A DNA stretch of 64,000 nt from Macrostomum lignano (taxonomy: Eukaryota). A program made the translations under genes and the position numbers. Positions 12,357 to 26,211 of the stretch are shown here, in pieces. A model generated the notes under the pieces. It was not told the origin of the DNA, searched no databases, and worked only from the letters and a program-made list of their open reading frames with translations. The stretch lies in assembly GCA_002269645.1 (NCBI GenBank), contig NIVC01001646.1:71187-135186 (forward strand). The letters run 5' to 3'. How positions within the stretch are numbered: the stretch's first letter is position 1; each line of letters opens with the position of its first letter.

Positions 12357-14002
12357 CATGTGTCTTTGTGGAAGTGAACTTATAGACATGTGTCTTTGCG
12401 GAAGTGTAACCAATAGACATGTGTCTTTGAGGAAGTGTAACCAATAGACATGTGTCTTTGCGGAAGTTTAACCAATAGACATGTGTCTTTGCGGAAGTGG
12501 ACCAAATAGACATGTGTCTTTGCGGAAGTGTAACCAATAGACATGTGTCTTTGCGGAAGTGTAACCAATAGACATGTGTCTCTGTGGAAGTGTAACCAAT
12601 AGACATGTGTCTTTGCGGAAGTGTAACCAATAGACATGTGTCTTTGCGGAAGTGTAACCAATAGACATGTGTCTCTGTGGAAGTGTAACCAATAGACATG
12701 TGTCTCTGTGGAAGTGTAACCAATAGACATGTGTCTTTGCGGAAGTGTAACCAATAGACATGTGTCTTTGCGGAAGTGTAACCAATAGACATGTGTCTTT
12801 GCGGAAGTGTAACCAATAGACATGTGTCTTTGCGGAGTGAACCCAATAGAAATGGTCTTTGCGGAAGTGAACCCAATAGACATGTGTCTTTGCGGAAGTG
12901 TAACCAATAGACATGTGTCTCTGTGGAAGTGTAACCAATAGACATGTGTCTTTGCGGAAGTGTAACCAATAGACATGTGTCTCTGTGGAAGTGTAACCAA
13001 TAGACATGTGTCTTTGCGGAAGTGTAACCAATAGACATGTGTCTTTGCGGAAGTGTAACCAATAGACATGTGTCTCTGTGGAAGTGTAACCAATAGACAT
13101 GTGTCTTTGCGGAAGTGTAACCAATAGACATGTGTCTTTGCGGAAGTGGAACCAATAGACATGTGTCTTTGCGGAAGTGGACCAAATAGACATGTGTCTT
13201 TGCTGAAGTAAACCCAATAGACATGTGTCTTTGTGGAAGTGGACCCAATAGACATGTGTCTTTGCGGAAGTTTAACCAATAGAAATGGTCTTTGCGGAAG
13301 TGAACCCAATAGACATGTGTCTTTGCGGAAGTGTAACCAATAGACATGTGTCTCTGTGGAAGTGTAACCAATAGACATGTGTCTTTGCGGAAGTGTAACC
13401 AATAGACATGTGTCTCTGTGGAAGTGTAACCAATAGACATGTGTCTTTGCGGAAGTGGAACCAATAGACATGTGTCTTTGCGGAAGTGTAACCAATAGAC
13501 ATGTGTCTCTGTGGAAGTGTAACCAATAGACATGTGTCTTTGCGGAAGTGGAACCAATAGACATGTGTCTCTGTGGAAGTGTAACCAATAGACATGTGTC
13601 TTTGCGGAAGTGTAACCAATAGACATGTGTCTCTGTGGAAGTGTAACCAATAGAAATGGTCTTTGCGGAAGTGGAACCAATAGACATGTGTCTCTGTGGA
13701 AGTGTAACCAATAGACATGTGTTTTTGTGGAAGTGTAACCAATAGACATGTGTTTTTGTGGAAGTGTAACCAACAGACATGTGTCTTTGTGGAAGTGTAA
13801 CCAATAGACATGTGTCTTTGTGGAAGTGTAACCAATAGACATGTGTCTCTGTGGAAGTGTAACCAATAGACACGTGTCTTTGCGGAAGTGGAACCAATAG
13901 ACATGTGTCTTTGCGGAAGTGTAACCAAAAGACATGTGTCTTTGTGGAAGTGGACCCAATAGACATGTGTCTTTGTGGAAGTGGACCCAATAGACATTTG
14001 TC
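12357..14002. repeat. 31-bp minisatellite (ACATGTGTCTTTGCGGAAGTGTAACCAATAG), about 52 copies
   Basis: Period 31 (12541, 12572, ...). Confidence 0.96.
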
Positions 14003-14599
14003 TTTATCCTTTATAAAATCTTTAAAGTAAGATAAACCCATCTGGCACATGACAAAATGGCGGACTTCTAATGACAAGTCACTGAGCTGAGTTAAGAAGA
14101 AGCCAGACGCTATCAGTCAGCTGGAAAATTTCTTCAAGCTCAAGATCTTCAAACGGCAATGCGAGTTCGAAAAGCTATCCAGTTTCCTAATCCAGATGAA
14201 GCCGCGCCAATCAATACAGACTCTTTCTTATCTATAAAATTGAAATTGCCAGGCAGAAGAAATGCATTCAATGCTTCTTCTCGTTCTGCCATATTTAAAA
14301 ATTCAATGCCTGAGTCTAGAACTTTAATCCTTAATCTGTAGTGTTCAACTATACTTTATAATACTAAGGATTAACCACATATTATGTTGTATAATCAAAC
14401 AGATTTAACTGTCAATATCTCTTCAATAATAAGCCAAAAGGCGGAGCATGCTGTCTAATCCCAAATCTTCATAAGGGATTATCCTCCCCGATATCACTGG
14501 GCCATTAAAAGAGTTTTTATCAATTCTCAGGTTGAGCTTCAGCTGAATGAACAAACTGAATGATAGAAATATCTAGCTCAGAGGGGTGTGTATTTTTTA

Positions 14600-14725
14600 T
14601 TGTGTGGCGCTAAATCTCTGATAGTATGGCGCTGAATTTCTGATAGTGTGGCGCTAAATCTCTGATTGTGTGGCGCTGAATCTCTGATTGTGTGGCGCTA
14701 AATCTCTGATAATGTGGCGCTAAAT
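14600..14725. repeat. 22-bp tandem repeat (GTGTGGCGCTAAATCTCTGATA-like)
   Basis: 5-6 degenerate copies. Confidence 0.85.
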
Positions 14726-15271
14726 CTTCTTTGTCTAATCGCTTTAAAATTATGCTAATAAGGCCAAGCGGTAATCCAGTGCCACCCAAGCTGAACAACT
14801 TTGGGTTATAAATCACATTGGACTCTGGCTGGATGTTGTGAAAGTGAGTCACCGTGGAGAATGAAGTGGCTCAATATGTTTGAACATGCTCAAAGTCTGT
14901 GTGAATGAGCTGCTTTAAAAGCCAGTAGTGTCTTGTGCAGCGAATTCTCCTCAAAGCTTTTGAATTCTCTTTAAATATAAAATCTTGGGGCGAGAAAAAA
15001 CGTTTGTCTAGAAAGCAAAGTTGAAGCAAGAATTTTCTGGTTAGTTGAAATGACAAAGTCTGGCATTTTTTAGCAAACAGGCAGGTGAGCGGAGCTTTGC
15101 TGAGAACAACCGCGTTTTAAAAAGGTGGGATGAGAGACAAAAACACGCAACCAAAAGACTCTTCTTCTGCTGTCAAAATTCTACTGAATCTCTTCTAGGA
15201 GCAGCTTGCTTGTGCTCCTACTCCGAAAAGGAGAACAGGTGCACACAATCTACTCAGATTTGCGTTGATCC

Positions 15272-15985
15272 ACTCTGACCCACTCTGACCTACTCTGACC
15301 CTTTCTGACCTACTCTGACCCTTTATGACCTACTCTACCCTACTCTGACCTATTATGACCCACTCTGACCCACTCTGCCCTACTCTGTCCTACTTTGATC
15401 TACTCATACCTACTCTGACGTAATCTGACCTACTCTGACCTACTCTGGCCTACTCTGACGTAATCTGACCTACTCTGACCTACTCTGGCCTACTCTGGCC
15501 TACTCTGGCCTACTCTGGCCTACTCTGACCTACTCTGGCCTACTCTGGCCTACTCTGGCCTACTCTGGCCTACTCTGGCCTACTCTGGCCTACTCTGGCC
15601 TACTCTGGCCTACTCTGGCCTACTCTGGCCTACTCTGGCCTACTCTGGCCTACTCTGGCCTACTCTGGCCTACTCTGACCTACTCTGACCTACTCTGGCC
15701 TACTCTGGCCTACTCTGGCCTACTCTGACCTACTCTGGCCTACTCTGGCCTACTCTGGCCTACTCTGGCCTACTCTGGCCTACTCTGACCTACTCTGGCC
15801 TACTCTGGCCTTCTCTAGCCTATTTTGACCTACTCTGACGTACTCATGCCTACACTCTGACGTACTCATACCTACACTCTGACGTACTCATGCCTACTCT
15901 GACCTACTCTACCCCACTCTGACCTACTCTAACCCACTCTGACCTACTCTACCCCACTCTGACCTACTCTGACCTACTCTATCCT
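15272..15985. repeat. 10-bp minisatellite (CTACTCTGGC / CTACTCTGAC)
   Basis: Homogeneous centre with degenerate edges. Confidence 0.95.
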
Positions 15986-16878
15986 ACCCTAACCAACGTT
16001 GACCCTAATCCAAATAAATCTTTTCGATTCAAATCGATTTTGTAGCAGATAGCAAACACACCAGCCGATGGTAAAAATGCAGCATAAAAGGTTTTCCCGC
16101 AAAACTTTTATCCGGCTGTTCACCCTCACGCCTCTCAGCTGTGTGAATCCCTAGTCGGCCAACACGATAGCACCATCCCCAAGATGCCCCCCCCCGCCCC
16201 GAGGCCAAAATCCGTTTAAACGGTGCATGTGGCAACAAGAGTTATTACGTAATGTTTTTAGTGAAACATTCCCACTTTCTCGCCCTAGCGAGTCCCGGAC
16301 GGGATATCTGGCAGATGTGCGAATCTCCCTCCGCAATCTTCTGCCCCGCCTGTCGCCAAGGGCGCCGCGAGCTGCGGAGTTTCCCACACACACAGCAGCA
16401 TCTGGACCGAGGCGGATGAGGCAAAGCAGATAGAAACGGAAAATCGAGATGGAGAAAAAGAGAGAGAGAGCCAGTGTTGGAGAAGAGGCACGTTGACTTC
16501 GGCGAAGATGGTGCCCTCGAGTTGTATATCAAAGCGGCTTATTAACTTGTAAGTTTGCAGGCCCAACCAAATAGTTTGCCTGCGTTTCAGTCATGCAATT
16601 TTCGGCCATTTCTGTCCGGAGAATGCGATGGAATGTCCGCGGCGACCTCGATTGCGCAACAGGAAGCTGGCGGGCGAGCAGAAATTCCTGCAGACGCGGC
16701 TTATCGGCTCCGAGTGCCAATTGTTGCGGCTTGCTGCTGCTTCTGCTGCTGCTGTGACTCAATTAACCAATCTTTGCCGGGAGGCTCGCACCGACCCTGG
16801 GGAGGATAATACAGATACTTCTCTGGGGCACAACCGGCTGCTGCTGCCTCTCTGTGATGCCTGTAAGACTTGACGGGA

Positions 16879-19357
16879 GTTCCTCCCTTAGTCTCCCCTG
16901 TTCCTCTCCTAGTCTCCCCTGTTCCTCTCCTAGTCTCCCCTGTTCCTCTCTTAGTCTCCCCTGTTCCTCTCCTAGTCTCCCTGTTCCTCTCCTAGTCTCC
17001 CCTGTTCCTCTCTTAGTCTCCCCTGTTCCTCTCCTAGTCTCCCTGTTCCTCTCCTAGTCTCCCCTGTTCCTCTCCTAGTCTCCCCTGTTCCTCTCCTAGT
17101 CTCCCCTGTTCCTCTCCTAGTCTCCCCTGTTCCTCTCCTAGTCTCCCCTGTTCCTCCCTTAGTCTCCCCTGTTCCTCTCTTAGTCTCCCCTGTTCCTATC
17201 CTAGTCTCCCCTGTTCCTCTCCTAGTCTCCCCTGTTCCTCTCCTAGTCTCCCCTGTTCCTCTCTTAGTCTCCCCTGTTCCTCTCCTAGTCTCCCCTGTTC
17301 CTCTCCTAGTCTCCCCTGTTCCTCTCCTAGTCTCCCCTGTTCCTCTCTTAGTCTCCCCTGTTCCTCTCCTAGTCTCCCCTGTTCCTCTCCTAGTCTCCCC
17401 TGTTCCTCTCCTAATCTTCCCTGTTCCTCTACTAGTCTCCCCTGTTCCTCTCCTAGTCTCTCCTGTTCCTCTCCTAGTCTCCCCTGTTCCTCTCTTAGTC
17501 TCCCCTGTTCCTCTCTTAGTCTCCCCTGTTCCTCTCTTAGTCTCCCCTGTTCCTCTCCTAATCTCCCCGGTTCCTCTCTTAGTCTCCCTCTTCCTCTCCT
17601 AGTCTCCCCTGTTCCTCTCCTAATCTTCCCTGTTCCTCTACTAGTCTCCCCTGTTCCTCTCCTAGTCTCCCCTGTTCCTCTCCTAGTCTCCCCTGTTCCT
17701 CTCCTAGTCTCCCCTGTTCCTCTCCTAGTCTCCCCTGTTCCTCTCCTAGTCTCCCCTGTTCCTCTCCTAGTCTCCCCTGTTCCTCCCTTAGTCTCCCCTG
17801 TTCCTCTCTTAGTCTCCCCTGTTCCTATCCTAGTCTCCCCTGTTCCTCTCCTAGTCTCCCCTGTTCCTCTCCTAGTCTCCCCTGTTCCTCTCTTAGTCTC
17901 CCCTGTTCCTCTCCTAGTCTCCCCTGTTCCTCTCCTAGTCTCCCCTGTTCCTCTCCTAGTCTCCCCTGTTCCTCTCCTAGTCTCCCCTGTTCCTCTCCTA
18001 GTCTCCCCTGTTCCTCTCCTAGTCTCCCCTGTTCCTCTCCTAATCTTCCCTGTTCCTCTACTAGTCTCCCCTGTTCCTCTCCTAGTCTCTCCTGTTCCTC
18101 TCCTAGTCTCCCCTGTTCCTCTCTTAGTCTCCCCTGTTCCTCTCTTAGTCTCCCCTGTTCCTCTCTTAGTCTCCCCTGTTCCTCTCCTAATCTCCCCGGT
18201 TCCTCTCTTAGTCTCCCTCTTCCTCTCCTAGTCTCCCCTGTTCCTCTCCTAATCTTCCCTGTTCCTCTACTAGTCTCCCCTGTTCCTCTCCTAGTCTCTC
18301 CTGTTCCTCTCCTAGTCTCCCCTGTTCCTCTCTTAGTCTCCCCTGTTCCTCTCTTAGTCTCCCCTGTTCCTCTCTTAGTCTCCCCTGTTCCTCTCCTAAT
18401 CTCCCCTGTTCCTCTCCTAGTCTCCCCTGTTCCTCTCCTAGTCTCTCCTGTTCCTCTCCTAGTCTCCCCTGTTCCTCTCTTAGTCTCCCCTGTTCCTCTC
18501 CTAGTCTCCCCTGTTCCTCTCCTAGTCTCCCCTGTTCCTCTCCTAGTCTCCCCTGTTCCTCTCCTAGTCTCCCCTGTTCCTCTCCTAGTCTCCCCTGTTC
18601 CTCTCCTAATCTTCCCTGTTCCTCTACTAGTCTCCCCTGTTCCTCTCCTAGTCTCTCCTGTTCCTCTCCTAGTCTCCCCTGTTCCTCTCTTAGTCTCCCC
18701 TGTTCCTCTCTTAGTCTCCCCTGTTCCTCTCCTAGTCTCCCCTGTTCCTCTCCTAATCTCCCCTGTTCCTCTCTTAGTCTCCCCTGTTCCTCTCCTAGTC
18801 TCCCCTGTTCCTCTCCTAGTCTCCCCTGTTCCTCTCCTAGTCTCCCCTGTTCCTCTCCTAGTCTCCCCTGTTCCTCTCCTAGTCTCCCCTGTTCCTCTCC
18901 TAGTCTCCCCTGTTCCTCTCTTAGTCTCCCCTGTTCCTCTCTTAGTCTCCCCTGTTCCTCTCCTAATCTCCCCGGTTCCTCTCTTAGTCTCCCTCTTCCT
19001 CTCCTAGTCTCCCCTGTTCCTCTCCTAATCTTCCCTGTTCCTCTACTAGTCTCCCCTGTTCCTCTCCTAGTCTCTCCTGTTCCTCTCCTAGTCTCCCCTG
19101 TTCCTCTCTTAGTCTCCCCTGTTCCTCTCTTAGTCTCCCCTGTTCCTCTCTTAGTCTCCCCTGTTCCTCTCCTAATCTCCCCTGTTCCTCTCTTAGTCTC
19201 CCCTGTTCCTCTCTTAGTCTCCCTGTTCCTCTCCTAGTCTCCCCTGTTCCTCTCCTAATCTCCCCTGTTCCTCTCTTAGTCTCCCCTGTTCCTCTCTTAG
19301 TCTCCCCTGTTCCTCTCTTAGTCTCCCCTGTTCCTCTCCTAATCTCCCCTGTTCCTC
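16879..19357. repeat. 21-bp pyrimidine-rich minisatellite (CTAGTCTCCCCTGTTCCTCTC), about 118 copies
   Basis: Direct tandem copies with recurring variant blocks. Confidence 0.97.
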
Positions 19358-19942
19358 GTACACTCGACAGCTGAGAGTCAGTCGAGATCTACTCTAGTGA
19401 GCTGTACTTGCAGTTCAGCCATGCACCAACTAGAATGGACACTGAGCCGAGTACTAATAGAAGAGGATCAGCGATTGAGTAAATCTGAAATCTGCACACA
19501 GAAGTACTGCATTTGTCCCCCCCATAAGTTATGGATGCTTCCTGTCCACAGAGCAACCCACCTATTGTCAGGTTGCAGGATGAATGAAAAAGTGAGATAA
19601 TTGACTCCTCCCTCCTTGACTCAGGAATATTTTACTTCAAAGAGGCGGGTGCTGATTGGCAGGCCCCCCCCCCTATTAATTAATAATTACTGTTGACAAT
19701 CCACTGCCATCAATCAGAGCCTGCTCACTGGAGCTCACAGAGCCACTCCAGTCCAATTCAGTGGTACCGGGTCCCCTATTCTTTACTACCGACTAAACGA
19801 ATCCCCAGATTGTTCCAAAGTCACCGATTGGGAAATCCGAAACGATCTAGAGAAAGTGCATATTGGTTCATTGATCTGAAATTTATTTTTAATACAGACA
19901 TAAATAGACAGAATAGTGAGCTTGCGTGGCATTCTTGTGGTT

Positions 19943-21835
19943 CTAGAGAGACGGATAAAGGAGTAGAGAGATGAACAGAGGAGTGGAGAGATGGACAGAG
20001 AAGTAGAGAGATGGATAGAGAAGTAGAGAGATGGATAGAGAAGTAGAGAGATGGATAGAGAAGTAGAGAGAAGGATAGAGAAGTAGAGAGATGGATAGAG
20101 AAGTAGAGAGATGGATAGAGAAGCAGAGAGAGGGATGGAGGAGTAGAGAGACGGATAGAGGAGTAGAGAGATGGATAGAGAAGTAGAGAGATTGATAGAG
20201 GAGCAGAGAGATGGATAGAGAAGTAGAGAGATGGATAGAGAAGTAGAGAGATGGATAGAGAAATAGAGAGATGAACAGAGGAGTAGAGAGAAGGATAGAG
20301 AAGTAGAGAGAAGGATAGAGAAGTAGAGAGATGGATAGAGAAGTAGAGAGATGGATAGAGAAATAGAGAGATGAACAGAGGAGTAGAGAGAAGGATAGAG
20401 AAGTAGAGAGATGGATAGAGGAGCAGAGAGATGGATAGAGAAGTAGAGAGATGGATAGAGAAGTAGAGAGATGGATAGAGAAATAGAGAGATGAACAGAG
20501 GAGTAGAGAGAAGGATAGAGAAGTAGAGAGATGGATAGAGGAGCAGAGAGATGGATAGAGAAGTAGAGAGATGGATAGAGAAGTAGAGAGAAGGATAGAG
20601 AAGTAGAGAGATGGATAGAGAAGTAGAGAGATTGATAGAGGAGCAGAGAGATGGATAGAGAAGTAGAGAGATGGATAGAGAAGTAGAGAGATGGATAGAG
20701 AAATAGAGAGATGAACAGAGGAGTAGAGAGAAGGATAGAGAAGTAGAGAGATGGATAGAGAAGTAGAGAGATGGATAGAGAAGCAGAGAGAGGGATGGAG
20801 GAGTAGAGAGACGGATAGAGGAGTAGAGAGATGGATAGAGAAGTAGAGAGATTGATAGAGGAGCAGAGAGATGGATAGAGAAGTAGAGAGATGGATAGAG
20901 AAATAGAGAGATGAACAGAGGAGTAGAGAGAAGGATAGAGAAGTAGAGAGATGGATAGAGAAGTAGAGAGATGGATAGAGAAGTAGAGAGAAGGATAGAG
21001 AAGTAGAGAGATGGATAGAGAAGTAGAGAGATGGATAGAGAAGTAGAGAGATGGATAGAGAAGTAGAGAGATGGATAGAGAAGTAGAGAGATGGATAGAG
21101 AAGTAGAGAGATGGATAGAGAAATAGAGAGATGAACAGAGGAGTAGAGAGAAGGATAGAGAAGTAGAGAGATGGATAGAGAAGTAGAGAGATGGATAGAG
21201 AAGCAGAGAGAGGGATGGAGGAGTAGAGAGACGGATAGAGGAGTAGAGAGATGGATAGAGAAGTAGAGAGATTGATAGAGGAGCAGAGAGATGGATAGAG
21301 AAGTAGAGAGATGGATAGAGAAATAGAGAGATGAACAGAGGAGTAGAGAGAAGGATAGAGAAGTAGAGAGATGGATAGAGAAGTAGAGAGATGGATAGAG
21401 AAGTAGAGAGAAGGATAGAGAAGTAGAGAGATGGATAGAGAAGTAGAGAGATGGATAGAGAAGTAGAGAGATGGATAGAGAAGTAGAGAGATGGATAGAG
21501 AAGTAGAGAGATGGATAGAGAAGTAGAGAGATGGATAGAGAAGTAGAGAGATGGATAGAGAAGTAGAGAGATGGATAGAGAAGTAGAGAGATGGATAGAG
21601 AAGCAGAGAGAGGGATGGAGGAGTAGAGAGACGGATAGAGGAGTAGAGAGAGGGATGGAGGAGTAGAGAGAGGGATGGAGGAGTAGAGAGACGGATAGAG
21701 GAGTAGAAAGACGGGTAAGGAAGTAGAGAGATGGATAGAGGAGTAGAGAGACGGGTAAGGAAGTAGAGAGATGCATAGAGAAGTAGAGAGATGCATAGAG
21801 AAGTAGAGAGATGCATAGAGGAGTAGAGAGACAGA
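19943..21835. repeat. 20-bp purine-rich minisatellite (GAGATGGATAGAGAAGTAGA), about 94 copies
   Basis: Direct tandem copies; explains the three minus-strand 640-690 aa ORFs. Confidence 0.97.
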
Positions 21836-22476
21836 GAGCAGATTGAGTTGCAGAGCGAAAGCGGAGTGCAATCCAGGTCAATGTGACAAATATTGTCAAA
21901 GTCTTTTGCTCTTTGCGAAAGAACGGAAGAGACGGCCAGAAAAGTGCATCAGCAGCAACGCTCGTAGAAGCCAGTCTGAGAGCATCTGTGCCGAGGCAGT
22001 TGCAAAGCGGAAGCTCCTCATTCTCTGCTGCAGCTTAAGCACTCTATTGTTTGAGCAGAAACAATGCCCTTCTGTTTCTTAGTTTAAAGCCAGCCCAGTC
22101 CGCACTTGCTTTTTTAACCTGCCTCTGCACTCTGCTGTTGATTTTGACAGCGCAAACCTTTTTTACTGGGTGATGCTGATAAAGCGTTGGTCGGTCCTGA
22201 TGGGGGAGGGGCGAGTCGCACGCAAAGTCTGCCCGCAAAAGCAGCAAGCCACCCGGAAGAGGACTTAAATTGGCAGAGTTGAAAGGCGGCTTTTTGTAGA
22301 GGGGTGCTAGAGAGAACCAGGAATATGCAAAGGTTTTGCTTGAGCGAAATAAAAAGCAGCTTAACAGCCTACTCTTGTGTTTCCTAAGTTCATACTTTTT
22401 GCTAATGTTTTTAATTAACTAAATTTGACAGCTGTGCATAACTCACATGAAATTGGCTTCAGAACGGGAGTCACTG

Positions 22477-23100
22477 AAAACAGATGAGAACATATGAGAA
22501 ACAGGTGAGAACAGGTGAGGGCAGGTGAGAACATGTGTGAACATGTGAGAACAGGTGAGAAACAGGTGAGAAATAGGTGAGAAACAGGTGAGAAACAGGT
22601 GAGAAACAGGTAAGAACATGTGAAAACAGGTGAGAAACAGGTGAGAAACAGGTGAGAAACAGGTGAGAAACAGGTGAGAAACAGGTGAAAACAGGTGAGA
22701 ACAGGTGAGAAACAGGTGAGAACAGGTGAGAAACAGGTGAGAACAGGTGAGAACAAGTGAGAACATGTGAGAACAGGTGAGAACAGGCGAGAACAGGTGA
22801 GAACATGTGAGAACATGTGAAAACAGGTGAGAAACAGGTGAGAAACAGGTGAGAAACAGGTGAGAAACAGGTGAGAAACAGGTGAGAAACAGGTGAGAAA
22901 CAGGTGAGAAATAGGTGAGAAACAGGTGAGAAACAGGTGAGAAACAGGTAAGAACATGTGAAAACAGGTGAGAAACAGGTGAGAAACAGGTGAGAAACAG
23001 GTGAGAAACAGGTGAGAAACAGGTGAGAAATAGGTGAGAAACAGGTGAGAAACACTGAGAACAGGTGAGAACAGGTGAGGGCAGGTGAGAACAGACGAGA
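22477..23100. repeat. 10-11-bp minisatellite (GAGAAACAGGT)
   Basis: Direct tandem copies. Confidence 0.95.
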
Positions 23101-23535
23101 ATAGAGTACTGAGAACAGAATAATGAATGATAGTACAAAATTGTGCGAGAATCCTAGTAGATGGTAAATCCAGATCTCACAGCAGTAGGGGAGAGACGCG
23201 ATGCAAAATAAAAGTGGTGACCCATCAGTTCTGCTTCGCAAATGCAGAGGGGCGCGGCGGTCGGGCTGCAAAGTTGCCGCGATCCAAAGAAGCCGCACTG
23301 GCCATAAAAAACTGCGCATTCCCAATGACCCTGCCAGACACATTAGAAAATTTACCACTTTTTGGCCACTAAGACTTTGTGTCTGCTGCTATTAGAAGCA
23401 GAGGCCAGAGGATGGAAGAGAAAGTTGATTGCGCAAAACCAGATGTGAAAACCGGACACCCCATGCAGTTATCATGCAGCCGCTGACCAAAGGTGCCGAA
23501 TGACTTCGGTTGCCAAAGCTCGGGGTTTAAATTGA

Positions 23536-24722
23536 TATGAATACTCTATAGTTCGTGAATACTCTATAGTTTGTGAATACTCTATAGTTAGTGAATGCTC
23601 TATAGTTTGTGAATACTCTATAGTTTGTGAATGCTCTATAGTTCGTGAATACTCTATAGTTTGTGAATACTCTATAGTTTGTGAATACTCTATAGTTAGT
23701 GAATGCTCTATAGTTCGTGAATACTCTATAGTTTGTGAATACTCTATAGTTCGTGAATACTCTATAGTTTGTGAATACTCTATAGTTTGTGAATACTCTA
23801 TAGTTTGTGAATACTCTATAGTTTGTGAATACTCTATAGTTCGTGAATACTCTATAGTTTGTGAATACTCTATAGTTTGTGAATACTCTATAGTTCGTGA
23901 ATACTCTATAGTTTGTGAATACTCTATAGTTAGTGAATATTCTATAGTTTGTGAATACTGTATAGTTCGTGAATACTCTATAGTTAGTAAATGCTCTATA
24001 GTTCGTGAATACTCTATAGTTTGTGAATACTCTATAGTTTGTGAATACTCTATAGTTAGTGAATGCTCTATAGTTCGTGAATACTCTATAGTTTGTGAAT
24101 ACTCTATAGTTCGTGAATACTCTATAGTTTGTGAATACTCTATAGTTTGTGAATACTCTATAGTTTGTGAATACTCTATAGTTTGTGAATACTCTATAGT
24201 TTGTGAATACTCTATAGTTTGTGAATACTCTATAGTTCGTGAATACTCTATAGTTTGTGAATACTCTATAGTTTGTGAATACTCTATAGTTCGTGAATAC
24301 TCTATAGTTTGTGAATACTCTATAGTTTGTGAATACTCTATAGTTAGTGAATACTCTATAGTTTGTGAATACTCTATAGTTTGTGAATACTCTATAGTTT
24401 GTGAATACTCTATAGTTTGTGAATACTCTATAGTTTGTGAATACTCTATAGTTTGTGAATACTCTATAGTTTGTGAATGCTCTATAGTTTGTGAATACTC
24501 TATAGTTTGTGAATACTCTATAGTTTGTGAATACTCTATAGTTCGTGAATACTCTATAGTTTGTGAATACTCTATAGTTAGTGAATGCTCTATAGTTTAG
24601 TTTGTGAAGATTCTATAGTTTGTGAAGATTCTATAGTTTGTGAAGATTCTATAGTTTGTGAAGATTCTATAGTTTGTGAAGATTCTATAGTTTGTGAAGA
24701 TTCTATAGTTTGTAAAGATTCT
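23536..24722. repeat. 18-bp minisatellite (GAATACTCTATAGTTTGT); variant GAAGATTCTATAGTTTGT block at about 24600-24722
   Basis: Direct tandem copies, each with the CTATAG palindrome. Confidence 0.96.
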
Positions 24723-25073
24723 ACTTTATCCAGCCCGTGCGTGACTCGCTACTGTCAAGCGACAAATTGACTACCGGAGATTAAAAAGCCGGCCCAGGTG
24801 TTCGCTCAGTCAGGTAAGCGAGACAGGTGAGACACGAGTTTTGAATCGGTGAAGCCACGGTTTCGTCACCTGCTTCGACGCACCACAATGGGGCCAATGC
24901 AGGCGGGCATTGACTGACAGGCCTGCTGACAATGCGTGGTCAAAAAGCTGTCAGATGTTACGCAACAGCAAAGCGAGTGCAAGTCTTGCCTCCATTTTTT
25001 TTCGGATGTTGTGTCCATTGAAAAGAAATGGTGTCATGCATTTTTAATGGGGTAACCTTGGACCTTATGCCCC

Positions 25074-25548
25074 ACTGACAGCGGTCACCATTTCATCTGC
25101 TCACTGACAGCGGTCACCATTTCATCTGCTCACTGACAGCGGTCACCATTTAACCGATCTGCTCACTGACAGCGGTCACCATTTAACCGATCTGCTCACT
25201 GACAGCGGTCACCATTCAACCGATCTGCTCACTGACAGCGGTCACCATTTAACCGATCTGCTCACTGACAGCGGTCACCATTTAACCGATCTGCTCACTG
25301 ACAGCGGTCACCATTTAACCGATCTGCTCACTGATAGCGGTCACCATTTAACCGATCTGCTCACTGACAGCGGTCACCATTTAACCGATCTGCTCACTGA
25401 CAGCGGTCACCATTTAACCGATCTGCTCACTGACAGCGGTCACCATTCAACCGATCTGCTCACTGATAGCGGTCACCATTTAACCGATCTGCTCACTGAC
25501 AGCGGTCACCATTTAACCGATCTGCTCACTGACAGCGGTCACCATTTC
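25074..25548. repeat. 33-bp minisatellite (GCTCACTGACAGCGGTCACCATTTAACCGATCT)
   Basis: About 14 copies. Confidence 0.95.
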
Positions 25549-26211
25549 ATCCTCTGCTCGCTAGAGGTCGTCCAGCTGGTGGATGAAAATGATTTACAAT
25601 CCTCTGACCGGATGACAGCAGAGAGTATCACTTGACTCGTTTCAACCCCGAGTCATATATATATATATGAGGATGCGCAGCGGAAGCTGTAACGTAGAAG
25701 AGGGACGCGGGATGGGGGCGTTACTTCTCACGCATCCCTGGGAAGGAGGGAGTGGCTGGTCTCTGAGAACGGAAAGATGGGCAAGGCCTCTGTGATGCAA
25801 TAATAGTGTAGTGGATGTGGAGCGCAGGATAAGGTAGCTAAGTGGGAGGAGCGACTGCGGGCAGCTGGACCGCAGGCTGGGATCGAATCTGCAGCTGCCG
25901 AACCAGATCTGCATACGCAGTGCTGTGGGGCCCAGTGGTAATTTGCTCAGCTAGTAATTGCCATACGGGAGTGGGCGGCAGGCCTTTTCCTAGATAAAAA
26001 CAGGGTTGTCTCTTCCTTATCTCTATCTATCAGCCCCTCACATCACTCGGGCATCGGGAGTGGAAAGGATTACGTAATATAGCGTTGGCACGAGCACGTC
26101 CTTGAGCAAATATTATCCTTTCTTTTCTTTTTTAAAGATTTATTTTTGACGTTCTTATTAACTTGGAGCAATGTACCATACTTGCTGCTTTAATTTAAGG
26201 ACTTTGGTTTC

